Assembly (NCBI GenBank): GCA_965226775.1
Contig: CBDDEI010000002.1
Coordinates: 269,638 to 333,637, forward strand
Direction of reading: 5' to 3'
Origin: Dehalococcoidia bacterium
Lineage (GTDB): Bacteria; Chloroflexota; Dehalococcoidia; SHYD01
Length of the DNA stretch: 64,000 nucleotides
Shown: piece after piece, positions 8,220 through 18,391 of the stretch
How positions within the stretch are numbered: the stretch's first letter is position 1
How the letters are laid out: each line of letters starts with the position of its first letter
Translations under genes and position numbers: made by a program
Notes under the pieces: generated by a model
The model's input: only the letters and a program-made list of their open reading frames with translations
The model's database searches: none
What the model was told of the DNA's origin: nothing

Positions 8220-10517
8220 GTGACACTCCTGCGCGAGACCATTTTCACCAGCCGCTTGGCCGCACCGTTAGCCCTGGCAGCGCTCCCTGTCCTCTTCTTC
8301 TGGCGGCTCACCTTCCTGAGTGAGACCCTCTACTGGGGAACCCCCTTGCTCCAGTTCTACCCTTGGCGGTCTTTTGCTGTGCAGGAGTATCTCAGTGGAC
8401 AGATACCACTCTGGAATCCTCACGTGGGCCTGGGCGCGCCCCTGGCGGCCAACCTCCAGAGCGCTGTCTTCTATCCCCTAAACTTGGTCTATCTCCTTAT
8501 CCCCATTGAGCGAGCTATGACGGTCACGGTAGTGGGCCACATCGCGCTGGCCGGCCTCTTTTGCTACGGATTTGCCCGTCTTTTGGGGTTTAGCAAAGCC
8601 GGCGCATTCGTAACCGGGCTGACCTTTATGTTCAGCGGCTACGTGGTGGTAAGGGCGGGCTTCTTGAGCATGACCAGCGTGGTCGCGTGGCTCCCCGCGC
8701 TGCTCTGGAGCATCGAGGGCTTGCTCCGTGCTCATGCAGGTGGGCGTCGCAGCAGCGTTGCGTGCTGGCTGTGCGGCCTCGCGGCCATCACCGCGATGAC
8801 GCTCTTGGCCGGCCACGCGCAGCTCGCGGCCTACAGTCTGGCGGCGGCGAGCGCGTACCTCCTTGCCCGCTCCTGGTCTCGCTGGGGGCAGATGGCGACT
8901 GCCGGCGCGGGCCTCGCGCTGGGCGCGGCGCTGGCGGCGGTGCAGCTTCTTCCGACGCTTGAGCTAGCGCGCTACTCGGAGCGCCAGTCCGGCGTGGCCT
9001 ACGATGTAGCCACTAGCTCATCACTGTGGCCGGGGCAGCTTCTGGGCCTCCTCTTCCCCAGCTTCTTCGGCAGCCAGGCCGCCGGCGATTGGTGGGGGCC
9101 CGGACCCTTCTGGGACGGCGCGGTCTACGTGGGCGTCCTGCCTTTGCTGCTGGCCTGCTACGGACTACGCTTTGCGCCCAGGGGGCAGGCTTGGTTCTTC
9201 GGAGGACTGGCTCTCCTGGGCGCGTTCCTGGCGCTGGGACGATACAACCCGGTCTTCCCCTTCTTTTTCGACAACGTCCCCGGCATGAACCTCTTTCAAG
9301 GCCCGGCCCGCTTCTGGCTCTGGTGCACTCTTGCCGCGGCCATCCTGGCCGGCTATGGCTGGGAGGGCCTCCGGTCGCGCCTCAGTCCCGGCGGCTGGCG
9401 CTGTGGGCCCTGTTGCGGCGGCGGTCGGCCTAGGCGTCATCGGCGCATCCGCCGGCGCAAGCTTCGTACTGCCGCCCAGCACTGCGTTTGGCGCAGCGGC
9501 TATGGGCGGCGCTTGGCTCCTGGCGACGGGACTCCTCCTCAGTGTGCCGCGAGCGCGCTTCCCCCGTCTCTGGTCCGCGTACGCGCTCATGCTTATCCTC
9601 GCCGACCTCTCTATCTTCGGAATGCCCCTAAACACAACTACAAACGCGCAGCTCTATGAGTCGCCATCCAGCGCTGCGGCCCTTGCGCGGCGGACTGAAG
9701 CCGGCCTCGACCGCATCTACACGCCCGAGACTACTTATCAGTGGCTCCAGGAGCGCTACTTTAACTTGCGGGCCTTCCCTGCGGGCGACTGGCAGGACTT
9801 GCAGCGGCTGCGCGATGCGGCCATGCCCAACCTTGCCACCGCCGAGGGCCTGTACGAGGTCTACAACTACGACCCGCTCCGGCTGGAGCGCCCGCTCCTG
9901 GTCATGCGAGCCGCGGAGCCCAGGGATTCCAAAGCCCCCTGCTGGACATGCTGGGGGCGCGCTACATGCAGACGCCTGCGGAGCCGGCAGTGGATGCGGA
10001 TAGAGAGGGGAACGCCTTGGTCGTCCCACAGAAGCGCGCACGTCCCCTCCCGCGGGCCTACGTGGTATCGCACGTCTTGAGCGTCCCCACCAAAGCCGCT
10101 GCCCTAGCAGCCATCTCTGACCCAGCCTTCGACCCCGCTGCGACGGCCTTCGTGGAGAGCGGGCATCCTGTGCCTGAGGGCCGGCCCGGCGCGCTCCAGG
10201 CAGCCCGCATCGTGGAGTACGGCCCCCAGCGCGTGGTTATTGAGACGCCGGCCGCGGACGCGCCTGGCCTCTTAGTCCTGTCCGACGCCTACTACCCCGG
10301 CTGGCGCGCAGAGATTGACGGCCGCGCCGCCGACATTCTTCCGACGAACGTGGCCCTGCGCGGTGTGCTGCTTGCCGGCGGACCCCACCGCGTTGTCTTC
10401 CAGTACGATCCCCGCAGCTTCAAGATAGGGCTCACCGTCACCACCCTCGCGCTTGTTCTGCTGACGGCCATCGCGGTCTGGGGCTTGCGCGCCTACCGCA
10501 TGGAGCAGCCGGCATGA
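8220..10517 (+). CDS. YfhO-family membrane protein (GT-C-like), carrying two frameshifts
   Basis: Three successive ORF pieces (8220.., 9331.., 9948..) are each coherent only in part. The junctions at about 9380 and 9925 restore one roughly 765-aa protein. It has a YfhO-like C-terminus ...LVLSDAYYPGWRAEIDGRAADILPTNVALRGV.... Confidence 0.6.
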
Positions 10518-12664
10518 CCATGGAAACATCTGCGGACACCCCAAGGAGCACAGGCGCGCCCCGCACACTGCTAGTCTTTGGGTTGCTGGCCTGGGTGGCA
10601 ATAGTCACCGCGGCCTTCTACGCCGTCCACACTCCCATCTCACCGGCGATGGCTCAGGCCGGCCCGCTCTGGAGCACCCTCAGCGGTGGAGCCACTGCCG
10701 CTGCGCTGCTCCGCACTGCTCAAGACCTCGCAGCAGTCTTGGCGATAACTGTACTTGCGGTGGGCGCAGGTTCGCTCCTGCTGCAGCTCATCCTCCGCGG
10801 CCGCGTCATTGGCCACCTGGAGCGCTGGAGCTTCGGCGCGGCTCTGGGGCTTGGCCTGCTGGCCCACGCGTTCTTCCTGCTGGGGCTCGCGGGCGGGCTG
10901 CGTCCACTCCCCGCTTGGCTGCTCCTGGCCGTCTTTGCCGCGCTCGCCCTCGCCGGCTACATACGCTGGCCCTGGCCCCCGTGGTCGCGGGCGCCGGCCC
11001 GTCACGATGAGCCGCCGCTGGGGTTGCTGCCGCGCGTTGTGCAGGGCTTTCTCCTCATCGCGCTCCTCCTCACCCTCACCAGAGCTCTCGCGCCTCCCGT
11101 AGCCTGGGATAGCCACGTCTACCACCTCACCGCGCCGCTGCAGTACCTGGAGCAGGGAAAGATTACCGCGGGCATTGACGTGCCCCATTTCTACTTCCCC
11201 GCGCTGGTGGAGCAGCTCTACACGCTGGGCCTGCTACTGCGGGGGGACACTGTTGCCCAGCCGCTACACCTCGTCCTCGCTGCGGTCGGATTCCTCGCGC
11301 TCTTCGGATTCCTGCGGCAGCGCCACGGCGCGCGCGTCGCCTGGCTTGGGGCCGGCATACTCGCATCGTCCATCAGCCTGTGGTCCCTGGCTGGCTACGC
11401 CTACGTCGAGTGGGGCCTCCTGGCGTTCTGCACCCTTGCTTTCTGGGCGCTCCGCAACGCGCTCGACCAGGAGCGCGCGTCGTGGCTCCTCGTCTCCGGC
11501 ATCTGCTTGGGCCTCGCCCTGGGCGTCAAGTACACTGCGGCCTTCGTGGCGCTGGGATTGGGGAGCTACCTCCTCTGGACAACCATCAGGCGTGACACCC
11601 TCTTTGCCAAGTCCTTCCCCAACTGGCAGCACCTGGGCCTCTGGATGCTCACGGTCGCCACGGTAGCCAGCCCTTGGTATCTGAAGAACCTGGCCTTCAC
11701 CGGCAACCCCTTCTATCCCTTCTTCTTTGGCGGCCGGAACTGGGACGCCTGGCGCGACGCGTGGTTCACCCGCTGGGGCACGGGGCTGCTCCAGGAGCCC
11801 GTGCGGCTGCTCACCGCGCCCTGGGACCTGGGCGTCCTTGCCAGCGAGGGCAGCCTTCTCTACGACGTTTCCCTCTCGCCGCTCCTGCTCGGCTTCATGC
11901 CGCTGCTCCTGTTGCTGCGACGCGCCGCCGCCCCCTGGACGGCCTCGGCGCTGTGGGTGGCGCTGGTGGCCTACGGCGGCTGGCTCTTGGGCGCAGCTCA
12001 GTCGGAGTTGCTGCTCCAGGGCCGCTTGCTGCTGCCCGCGCTGCCCCTCTTAGCCGCCGCGCTGGCCGTGGCGCTGGCGGAGAGCCGTCGCCTCGCGCTT
12101 CCCTGGCTGCGGACATCCTTCCTGCTGGAAGCCACCCTCGTCCTTGTGCTCACCCTTCAGGGCCTCACCCTGGTCTCCCACTGGGCGGCCGATCCACCGT
12201 TGCCCTACCTCGCGGGCGCAGAGAGCCGCGAGGTCTATCTTGAGCGACACCTGGGCGCGCATTACCGTGCCCTCAACCACCTGAACCAGACCGTCTCACC
12301 GGAGGCCAGCGTCCTCTTCCTGTGGGAGCCGCGCACCTACCTCTGCCGCGTCCAGTGCCAGCCCGATGCGCTCCTCTACAACTGGCGAGACTTCCTCCGC
12401 CGCCATGAGGGGATCGACCCTGTCTACACCACGCTGCGGGAGCAGGGCTACACCCATATCCTGCTCAATGGCAGCGGGATGCGCTATTTCTCCACGCCGC
12501 CGCACGTGGAGCTGGGAGCGAGTCAGTTAGTGGACTTTGCCCGCTTCCAGTTGCGCTACCTGGAGCACGTGGCCGGCCCTACACTGGAGGAGATCCTGGC
12601 CGCGCCCAAGGGCGAGGTCGCCGGCCTTGAGTACACGCTGTATCACTTGCGGGACGCTGAGTAA
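10514..12664 (+). CDS. large polytopic membrane protein, putative GT-C glycosyltransferase
   Basis: 716 aa with 12+ predicted TM helices. The first extracytoplasmic loop carries APPVAWDSHVYHL (an acidic WD motif). There is a large C-terminal soluble domain. Its ATG overlaps the upstream stop (ATGA). Confidence 0.55.
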   Translation: MTMETSADTPRSTGAPRTLLVFGLLAWVAIVTAAFYAVHTPISPAMAQAGPLWSTLSGGATAAALLRTAQDLAAVLAITVLAVGAGSLLLQLILRGRVIGHLERWSFGAALGLGLLAHAFFLLGLAGGLRPLPAWLLLAVFAALALAGYIRWPWPPWSRAPARHDEPPLGLLPRVVQGFLLIALLLTLTRALAPPVAWDSHVYHLTAPLQYLEQGKITAGIDVPHFYFPALVEQLYTLGLLLRGDTVAQPLHLVLAAVGFLALFGFLRQRHGARVAWLGAGILASSISLWSLAGYAYVEWGLLAFCTLAFWALRNALDQERASWLLVSGICLGLALGVKYTAAFVALGLGSYLLWTTIRRDTLFAKSFPNWQHLGLWMLTVATVASPWYLKNLAFTGNPFYPFFFGGRNWDAWRDAWFTRWGTGLLQEPVRLLTAPWDLGVLASEGSLLYDVSLSPLLLGFMPLLLLLRRAAAPWTASALWVALVAYGGWLLGAAQSELLLQGRLLLPALPLLAAALAVALAESRRLALPWLRTSFLLEATLVLVLTLQGLTLVSHWAADPPLPYLAGAESREVYLERHLGAHYRALNHLNQTVSPEASVLFLWEPRTYLCRVQCQPDALLYNWRDFLRRHEGIDPVYTTLREQGYTHILLNGSGMRYFSTPPHVELGASQLVDFARFQLRYLEHVAGPTLEEILAAPKGEVAGLEYTLYHLRDAE

Positions 12665-14157
12665 TGGCAATAGTGCAGCGCTGGTGGGTGTTGGGAGTGA
12701 TCTGCGCGGCGGGACTGGCCCTGCGCTGGCCCAGCCCGGACCGTCAGCTGGAGTACGACGAGGTGGTCAGCCTGCTCTTTGCCCGCATGGACCTGGGGAC
12801 GATGGTGCAGGCCACTGCGGCGGACACCATGCCGCCCCTCTACTACGCGCTGCTCCACTTCTGGCAACTGCCGGGCGAGAGCCTTTTCCACGCCCGTCTG
12901 CTCTCCGTGATCCTGGGCGTCCTCACCATCCCCCTGCTCTATCTCCTGGGCAAGCGCCTCCTGGACGAGGGCACAGCCCTGGCGGGCGCGGCGTTGCTGG
13001 CCCTTTCGCCCTTCCACGTCTTCTATAGCCACTACGCGCGCATGTACGCGCTGCTGACCCTGCTCTCCGTCCTGGCCGTGCTGGCGCTCATCGGCTGGCT
13101 ACGCGGGGGCAGCCGTAAGGGATTGGTCATCGCGGTGCTGTCCACTATCGCGGCCCTCTACGTCCACAACCTCGCGGCGCTGCTGGTGCTGACCTTGAAC
13201 CTGCTCTTCCTGCTGACCCGCAACCGTTGGCCGGAGCAGGGCGCGCCACGTCCGCTGCGAGACCTTATGATAGTAGACGTGGTATTGGCACTGGCATGGT
13301 TGCCCTGGCTCTCCGTGCTGCCCGGACAGCTCGACAAGATAGCCGCCGCCTTCTGGATCCAGCATCCTGGAGCGGCAGAGGTCGCGCGCTCCGCCATCGT
13401 GTACCACTTTCACTTACCGTTGCCCGATTTGTGGTTGCCTGTTGCGGCCTTCCTGGCCCTGCTGCTCGTCGCGATTACTGCGGCGGAGGTGCGCCGGGTA
13501 TGGCTTGAGGAGCCGCCGCGCCGGGCCGGCCTCCTTGCGCTCATCACCTTAGCTTTGGCGCCGCCGGGCTTCATGTTCCTCCTGTCCCAGGCGCAACCCG
13601 TCTACGTGGAGCGGGGCATCCTCCTCTCGGCCTTGGCCTACTACCTCCTCCTCGCGCTGGCCCTGCGACGCCTGCCGCTGCGGCCTCTGGCCTGGGGCCT
13701 CACCGTCGTCTTTGGCCTGGCGCTGGGAGCGGCCCACGTCTACCAAGTGAGCTACGAGGCCTTCCCTCGCTCGCCCTTTGCCCAGGCGGCGGCCTACCTG
13801 GGCGGCGTAGTACAGCCCGGTGACCTGGTGCTCCACGATAACAAGCTGAGCTACTTCCCTACCTACTACCTTGCGCCGGAGCTGCCGCAAGCGTTCCTGG
13901 CCGACCCTCCCGGCTCGCCCAACGATACCCTCGCGCCCGGCACACAGCAGGCCCTTGGCCTCTACCCCGTCGCGCTGCCTGATGGCGTCGAGGGACGCTC
14001 CCGGGTGTGGCTGGTGGCCTTCGACCAGGCGCTGCAAGAGGGACGCGCCGCGGGCCAGCCACTGGCAAGCAAAGCCTGGCTGGACGACCGTTACACGAGG
14101 ACAGACCAGGCTCAGGTGGGCGATCTGCGCCTCTATCTCTATACCTTGGAGCACTAA
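12664..14157 (+). CDS. glycosyltransferase family 39 (PMT_2/ArnT-like) protein
   Basis: 497 aa. LEYDEVVSLLFARMDL...MPPLYYALLHFW...LSPFHVFYSHYARMYAL is the canonical PMT_2/GT39 N-terminal signature including the DE motif. The start overlaps the upstream stop (TAATG). Confidence 0.8.
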   Translation: MAIVQRWWVLGVICAAGLALRWPSPDRQLEYDEVVSLLFARMDLGTMVQATAADTMPPLYYALLHFWQLPGESLFHARLLSVILGVLTIPLLYLLGKRLLDEGTALAGAALLALSPFHVFYSHYARMYALLTLLSVLAVLALIGWLRGGSRKGLVIAVLSTIAALYVHNLAALLVLTLNLLFLLTRNRWPEQGAPRPLRDLMIVDVVLALAWLPWLSVLPGQLDKIAAAFWIQHPGAAEVARSAIVYHFHLPLPDLWLPVAAFLALLLVAITAAEVRRVWLEEPPRRAGLLALITLALAPPGFMFLLSQAQPVYVERGILLSALAYYLLLALALRRLPLRPLAWGLTVVFGLALGAAHVYQVSYEAFPRSPFAQAAAYLGGVVQPGDLVLHDNKLSYFPTYYLAPELPQAFLADPPGSPNDTLAPGTQQALGLYPVALPDGVEGRSRVWLVAFDQALQEGRAAGQPLASKAWLDDRYTRTDQAQVGDLRLYLYTLEH

Positions 14158-15732
14158 ATGGAGCCACTAGAGCAGCCACAGCAACATACCGCCACGCTAC
14201 GCGCCAGGGACTACCGTGTCCTAGTGGGCCTGGTCCTCTTCGCGTTCTTTCTCCGCATGCTGGTGGCTTCGCTGCTCCCCTTCCCCTCCCTGGACGACCC
14301 CGCGCTCTACTACACCACCGCGGCGCACTTGGCCGACGGCCGCGGCTTGGTGAGCGACGTCATCTGGAGCCACCTAGTTCCCTTTGACTCAGTGTCTCAC
14401 CCCAGCAACGAGCATTGGATGCCCCTCACCGTGTTTGTTCTGGCGGCCGCGTTCGCCGTGGCCGGGACCAGCTTGTCCATCGCCCAAGCGGTCGGCGCGC
14501 TCTTGGGGGCGCTGGTCGCCTGCCTCGCATGGCTCATCGCGCGCGATGCCCTTGCCCCCACGGATGGCTGGCGCTGGCGCGCGCTCTTTGCCGGCGCGCT
14601 GGTAGCCCTGAATCCGCTGCTGGTCTACCAATCGGTGACGGTGGACAGCGCCGTCTACTTCACCCTGCTGGGCGGAGCGTGCCTCTGGCTGGCTGGCCGC
14701 ACGCCCCAGGGCGCAACGCCGCATCCGCTGGTGGGCGCGCTGGCCGGCCTCTCCTACTTGGCCCGCAGCGAGGGCATTGTGCTGCTGGCGTTTATCGCCG
14801 CCCGTACTTGGAAGGACGCGCCGCCCGCGGAGCGCATCCGGCAACTTTCCGTGCTGATCCTTCCCGCCGCGCTGGTGATGGCGCCGTGGCTCCTTCGCAA
14901 CACGCTGACCTTCGGCGCGCCGCTGCCCGTGCCAACCCTCGCCCTCGCGCTCCTTCCCGACTATCCCACCCTCTTTCACTACGGCCAGCCTAGCTACTGG
15001 GACGGCCTGCCGCCGCTCCCAATTGGCGAGATCGTCATATCTCGCATAGCAGGGCTGATACACAACCTCTTTATCCTGGTAGGCCAGGCCCTCTTCCCCT
15101 GGGCCTTCTTCCTGCCGGCGGGGCTCATCGCCTCTAGCCATCGCTCGCCGCTGGGCACGGCCACTGCTGCCATGGTGGCGCTATTCCTTGCCAGCGCGCT
15201 GCTCTTCCCTGTCCTCACACTCTCGGGCTCGTTCTATCACGCGGTGGGCGCAGTGCTTCCTGGACTCACGGTGGCCGGACTCCTGGGCGCGGAGCGCATC
15301 GGCCGCATCCTGGGAGGCCGCTTCTTCAGCGACCCCGAGTTCCTCTCCATGCTCAGCGTGGTGGCCGCCGCCGCCCTGACCATGGCCCAGCTCGGCCTCT
15401 TTGCCGGCTACGCTGCGGAATTGCACCACTCCTGGCAGCAGGAGTTCGGCGATGCTTCCGCCTGGCTCCAGGAGCGCGATGCCGGCGCGGTGCTTTCGAC
15501 GCAGCCGCACAGCCTCAACTACGCGAGCGGCCTGCCCGCAGTGATGCTCCCCGCCAGCGACTCACCGGCTGTGGCCGAGCAGGTGGCCCGGAGGTACGGC
15601 GCGCGCTACGTGGTGGGCTTTGGACGCTTTGGACGCTACCCCGACGCGCTGGACAGCCCCGAGGGCGCAGCTTTCACCCAGGCCTACCGCAACGGCAACG
15701 TGTGGATCTACGAGCTGCAAGATGCCCCGTAA
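14158..15732 (+). CDS. ArnT/PMT-like GT-C membrane glycosyltransferase (paralogue of 22826..24451)
   Basis: 524 aa. ...PFPSLDDPALYYTTAAHLADGRGLVSDVIWSHLVPFDSVSHPSNEHWMPL... is the GT-C first-loop DD motif. Its start abuts the upstream stop (TAAATG). Confidence 0.65.
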   Translation: MEPLEQPQQHTATLRARDYRVLVGLVLFAFFLRMLVASLLPFPSLDDPALYYTTAAHLADGRGLVSDVIWSHLVPFDSVSHPSNEHWMPLTVFVLAAAFAVAGTSLSIAQAVGALLGALVACLAWLIARDALAPTDGWRWRALFAGALVALNPLLVYQSVTVDSAVYFTLLGGACLWLAGRTPQGATPHPLVGALAGLSYLARSEGIVLLAFIAARTWKDAPPAERIRQLSVLILPAALVMAPWLLRNTLTFGAPLPVPTLALALLPDYPTLFHYGQPSYWDGLPPLPIGEIVISRIAGLIHNLFILVGQALFPWAFFLPAGLIASSHRSPLGTATAAMVALFLASALLFPVLTLSGSFYHAVGAVLPGLTVAGLLGAERIGRILGGRFFSDPEFLSMLSVVAAAALTMAQLGLFAGYAAELHHSWQQEFGDASAWLQERDAGAVLSTQPHSLNYASGLPAVMLPASDSPAVAEQVARRYGARYVVGFGRFGRYPDALDSPEGAAFTQAYRNGNVWIYELQDAP

Positions 15733-17212
15733 CCAGGCCATGCTTGCGCTGCGGCCTCAGGCGCTCCTGGCTGCGGTGCTGCTCCTGGCCTTTGGTTTAC
15801 GGGTGGTTACCCTCGGCCAGCAGAGCCTCTGGTACGACGAAGCCTTCAGCCTGCTCCTGGCGCGCTATGACTTAAGCGAGATCGTGGCGCGCACGTCTCT
15901 GGACACTATGCCGCCCCTCTATTACTGGCTGCTCCACCTCTGGGGCGCGGGTGCGCCGGTGGACTTCTCTCCTCGCTTGCTCTCCGCCATCGCGGGCACG
16001 CTGTCCGTGGCATTGGTCTACGCCGTGGGGCGGCAACTTATGGACTCAGGTGTGGGCCTCTGGGCGGCCCTCTTCACGGCGGTCGCGCCCTTCCAGGTCT
16101 TCTACGGCCAGGAGACCCGCATGTATGCGTTGTTGGGCCTCTGGAACCTCCTGGCTGCCTGGGGCTTCCTCCTAGGCTGGAAGGAGCAGCGACGCCTTGG
16201 CTGGGCGCTCTACGGCTTGGGCGCCGGCCTGGCCTTCTACACCCACGCGCTGGGAGGTCTGCCATCCCTGGCGCTCCTGGCTTGGGGCATGGCGGCTTCC
16301 GTCAACGCCCGCGAGCCTTCCCGGCTGCGCGCGCCCCTCATCGCACTCGTCGTGGCGGGCATCTGCTACCTGCCCTGGCTCACCGTGCTGCTGGGACAGG
16401 CGCGCGCCGTGTTGTCCTCCTTCTGGGCCAGTCCTCCCAGCGTTATCAGTCCCTTAGCGAGCCTTTACGTTTTCTTCCAGGGCCCCTTTGCCAACCCGGC
16501 GTGGATGCCCCTAGCCCTGACCGCCGTGCTTGCGCCCCTTGCCCTAACGGTCTACGCGCTCACCCGCCACCCCGGCCCCGACCCCGCAGACCTGAGCTTC
16601 CTCTGGGCGTGGCTGGCGCTCCCGTTGCTCGCCCTGCTTCTCTTCTCCCTCGTGCGTTCGGTCTACCTGGAACGGGTGGTCATCGGCGCGAGCTTTCCCG
16701 TCTACCTGCTCCTGGGCTGGGCCGCCGCCCGCCTTCAGCCGCGCGCGCTGGGCCTCGCGCTGGCCGCGGCGGTACTCTGCTCCGCCGGCGCGGGGCTGAC
16801 CCTCTGGTTTACCGACGCCGCTTACGGCAAGCCGCCCCTGCGCGCGGCCGCCGCGGCGGTCAACGAGGCGTGGCAGGAGGGCTCGCCGGTCCTGCACACC
16901 AGCGACGGCAGCATGCTCCCCTTCCTCCTCTACGCGCCCGATCTCCCCAACACCCTCCTAGACGGCGACCCCGAACGCGCCGGCCGCACTGCCCGCGCCC
17001 GCAGCACTTACGAAGCCTTGGGTATCGTCCCGCTGTCTCTCGAAGAGGCTGTGGGCGACGCGACTGAGTTCTTCCTGGTCGTCGCGCTGGACCACAGCGT
17101 AGCCTTCCAGCGCGCCCTCGCCGACCGCATCGACCAGCGCTACCGGCGCGTCGCAGAACAGGACGTGGGCGGTATCACCGTGCGACGCTATCAGACCGGA
17201 GCCGGGCCATGA
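15722..17212 (+). CDS. glycosyltransferase family 39 (PMT_2/ArnT-like) protein
   Basis: ...GQQSLWYDEAFSLLLARYDLSEIVARTSLDTMPPLYYWLLHLW...APFQVFYGQETRMYAL. Start chosen at ATG 15722 (an alternative is 15740). The ORF-track start 15620 overlaps the upstream gene. Confidence 0.8.
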   Translation: MPRNQAMLALRPQALLAAVLLLAFGLRVVTLGQQSLWYDEAFSLLLARYDLSEIVARTSLDTMPPLYYWLLHLWGAGAPVDFSPRLLSAIAGTLSVALVYAVGRQLMDSGVGLWAALFTAVAPFQVFYGQETRMYALLGLWNLLAAWGFLLGWKEQRRLGWALYGLGAGLAFYTHALGGLPSLALLAWGMAASVNAREPSRLRAPLIALVVAGICYLPWLTVLLGQARAVLSSFWASPPSVISPLASLYVFFQGPFANPAWMPLALTAVLAPLALTVYALTRHPGPDPADLSFLWAWLALPLLALLLFSLVRSVYLERVVIGASFPVYLLLGWAAARLQPRALGLALAAAVLCSAGAGLTLWFTDAAYGKPPLRAAAAAVNEAWQEGSPVLHTSDGSMLPFLLYAPDLPNTLLDGDPERAGRTARARSTYEALGIVPLSLEEAVGDATEFFLVVALDHSVAFQRALADRIDQRYRRVAEQDVGGITVRRYQTGAGP

Positions 17213-18381
17213 CCCCCACGCCGGCCTTGCTGCAAAACCCGGCCCTCCGCAGCAGCCTCAGGTCGGCGGCGACGGCGTTCCTCATTTCCCGGGGCTTTGT
17301 GCTGGCCGCAGTGCTGGCAGCGCCTTTGCTGCTGGTGCAGGAGGTCTCACCGGACCTGGTCCCGCCGCCCTACCATACACCGGCCTTCTGGGTGGTAGAC
17401 GCCCTAGCCCGTTGGGATGCCTGGCGTTATCTGAGCGTAGCCAGCATCGGCTACCGGGAGGGCTACCTGGGCGCAAACCCCCAGATCTTCCCCCTCTACC
17501 CTGCGCTCATGCGTCTACTGGGGGGCTGGTTTGGCGATGCAGGGCTTGCCTATGCCGGCTTCTTCATTGCCAACGGGGCCTTCTTTGCTGCACTAACGCT
17601 GCTCCATCTCCTGGTGCGGGAGCGCTACGACAAGGCGGTTGCGGATAGAAGCGTCCTCTACCTCGCCGTCTTCCCCACCTCCTTCTTCTTCAGCGCCCTC
17701 TACGCGGAATCGCTCTTCCTGCTGTTGAGCCTCGGCTGCTGCTACGCCTTGGAGCAGCGCCGCTGGGTGCTTTCCGGCGCGCTAGGCTTCTTGGCGGCGC
17801 TGACCCGCGCGCCGGGCGTTTTTCTCGTTATCGTGCTGCTCTGGGAGTTCCTCCGGCAGCCGGGCGGCCTGCGGCAAGCGAAACCGGCCCAGCTGCTCTC
17901 GCTCCTACTGCCGCCCGCCGGGCTATTGCTGTTCATGGGCGTCCTAGCCCAGCAGATAGGCGATCCGTTGGGCTTCGTGCGGGTGCAGACCCAGTGGGGC
18001 CGTGAACTGGAGCTGCCTACGGGCAACCTCACCAGCCTCATAGAGGCAGTCACCAGCGGTGGCGCGCAGTTTCCCACCTTTGGACTGCTCTTTCCTCTGA
18101 CCCTAACCATCCTCTTCATTGCAGTGGGCCTCAAAGCGCTGGGCGGGCTGCCTTCTCTGTACCGGGTGTGGTTCTGGGTCTATTTGGGCGTCATCCTCTC
18201 TGCTCCCGCGGGCGCGGCCTTCCTGAGCGTCACCCGCTTCCTGGCGGTGGCCTTCCCGGCGTTCATCGGCCTGGCCCGCTGGGGAGACCGGCGCTGGTTC
18301 CACCTGGGCTACCTCACCCTTAGCCTCCTCTTCCTCACCTTCAGCACCATCCTCTTCTCACGTTGGTACTGGGTGGCATAA
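17209..18381 (+). CDS. PIG-V/GT76-like mannosyltransferase family membrane protein
   Basis: 390 aa. ...FWVVDALARWDAWRYLSVASIGYREGY... resembles the conserved RWDA..Y..IA..GY region of GPI mannosyltransferase 2-like GT-C proteins. The ATG overlaps the upstream stop (ATGA). Confidence 0.5.
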   Translation: MTPTPALLQNPALRSSLRSAATAFLISRGFVLAAVLAAPLLLVQEVSPDLVPPPYHTPAFWVVDALARWDAWRYLSVASIGYREGYLGANPQIFPLYPALMRLLGGWFGDAGLAYAGFFIANGAFFAALTLLHLLVRERYDKAVADRSVLYLAVFPTSFFFSALYAESLFLLLSLGCCYALEQRRWVLSGALGFLAALTRAPGVFLVIVLLWEFLRQPGGLRQAKPAQLLSLLLPPAGLLLFMGVLAQQIGDPLGFVRVQTQWGRELELPTGNLTSLIEAVTSGGAQFPTFGLLFPLTLTILFIAVGLKALGGLPSLYRVWFWVYLGVILSAPAGAAFLSVTRFLAVAFPAFIGLARWGDRRWFHLGYLTLSLLFLTFSTILFSRWYWVA

Positions 18382-18391
18382 GGACGCTGGA

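Noticed and set aside
15620-15721. ORF-track start of the GT39 gene at 15620
   Set aside because: It lies inside the upstream gene. The in-frame ATGs at 15722 and 15740 give a proper signal-anchor N-terminus.
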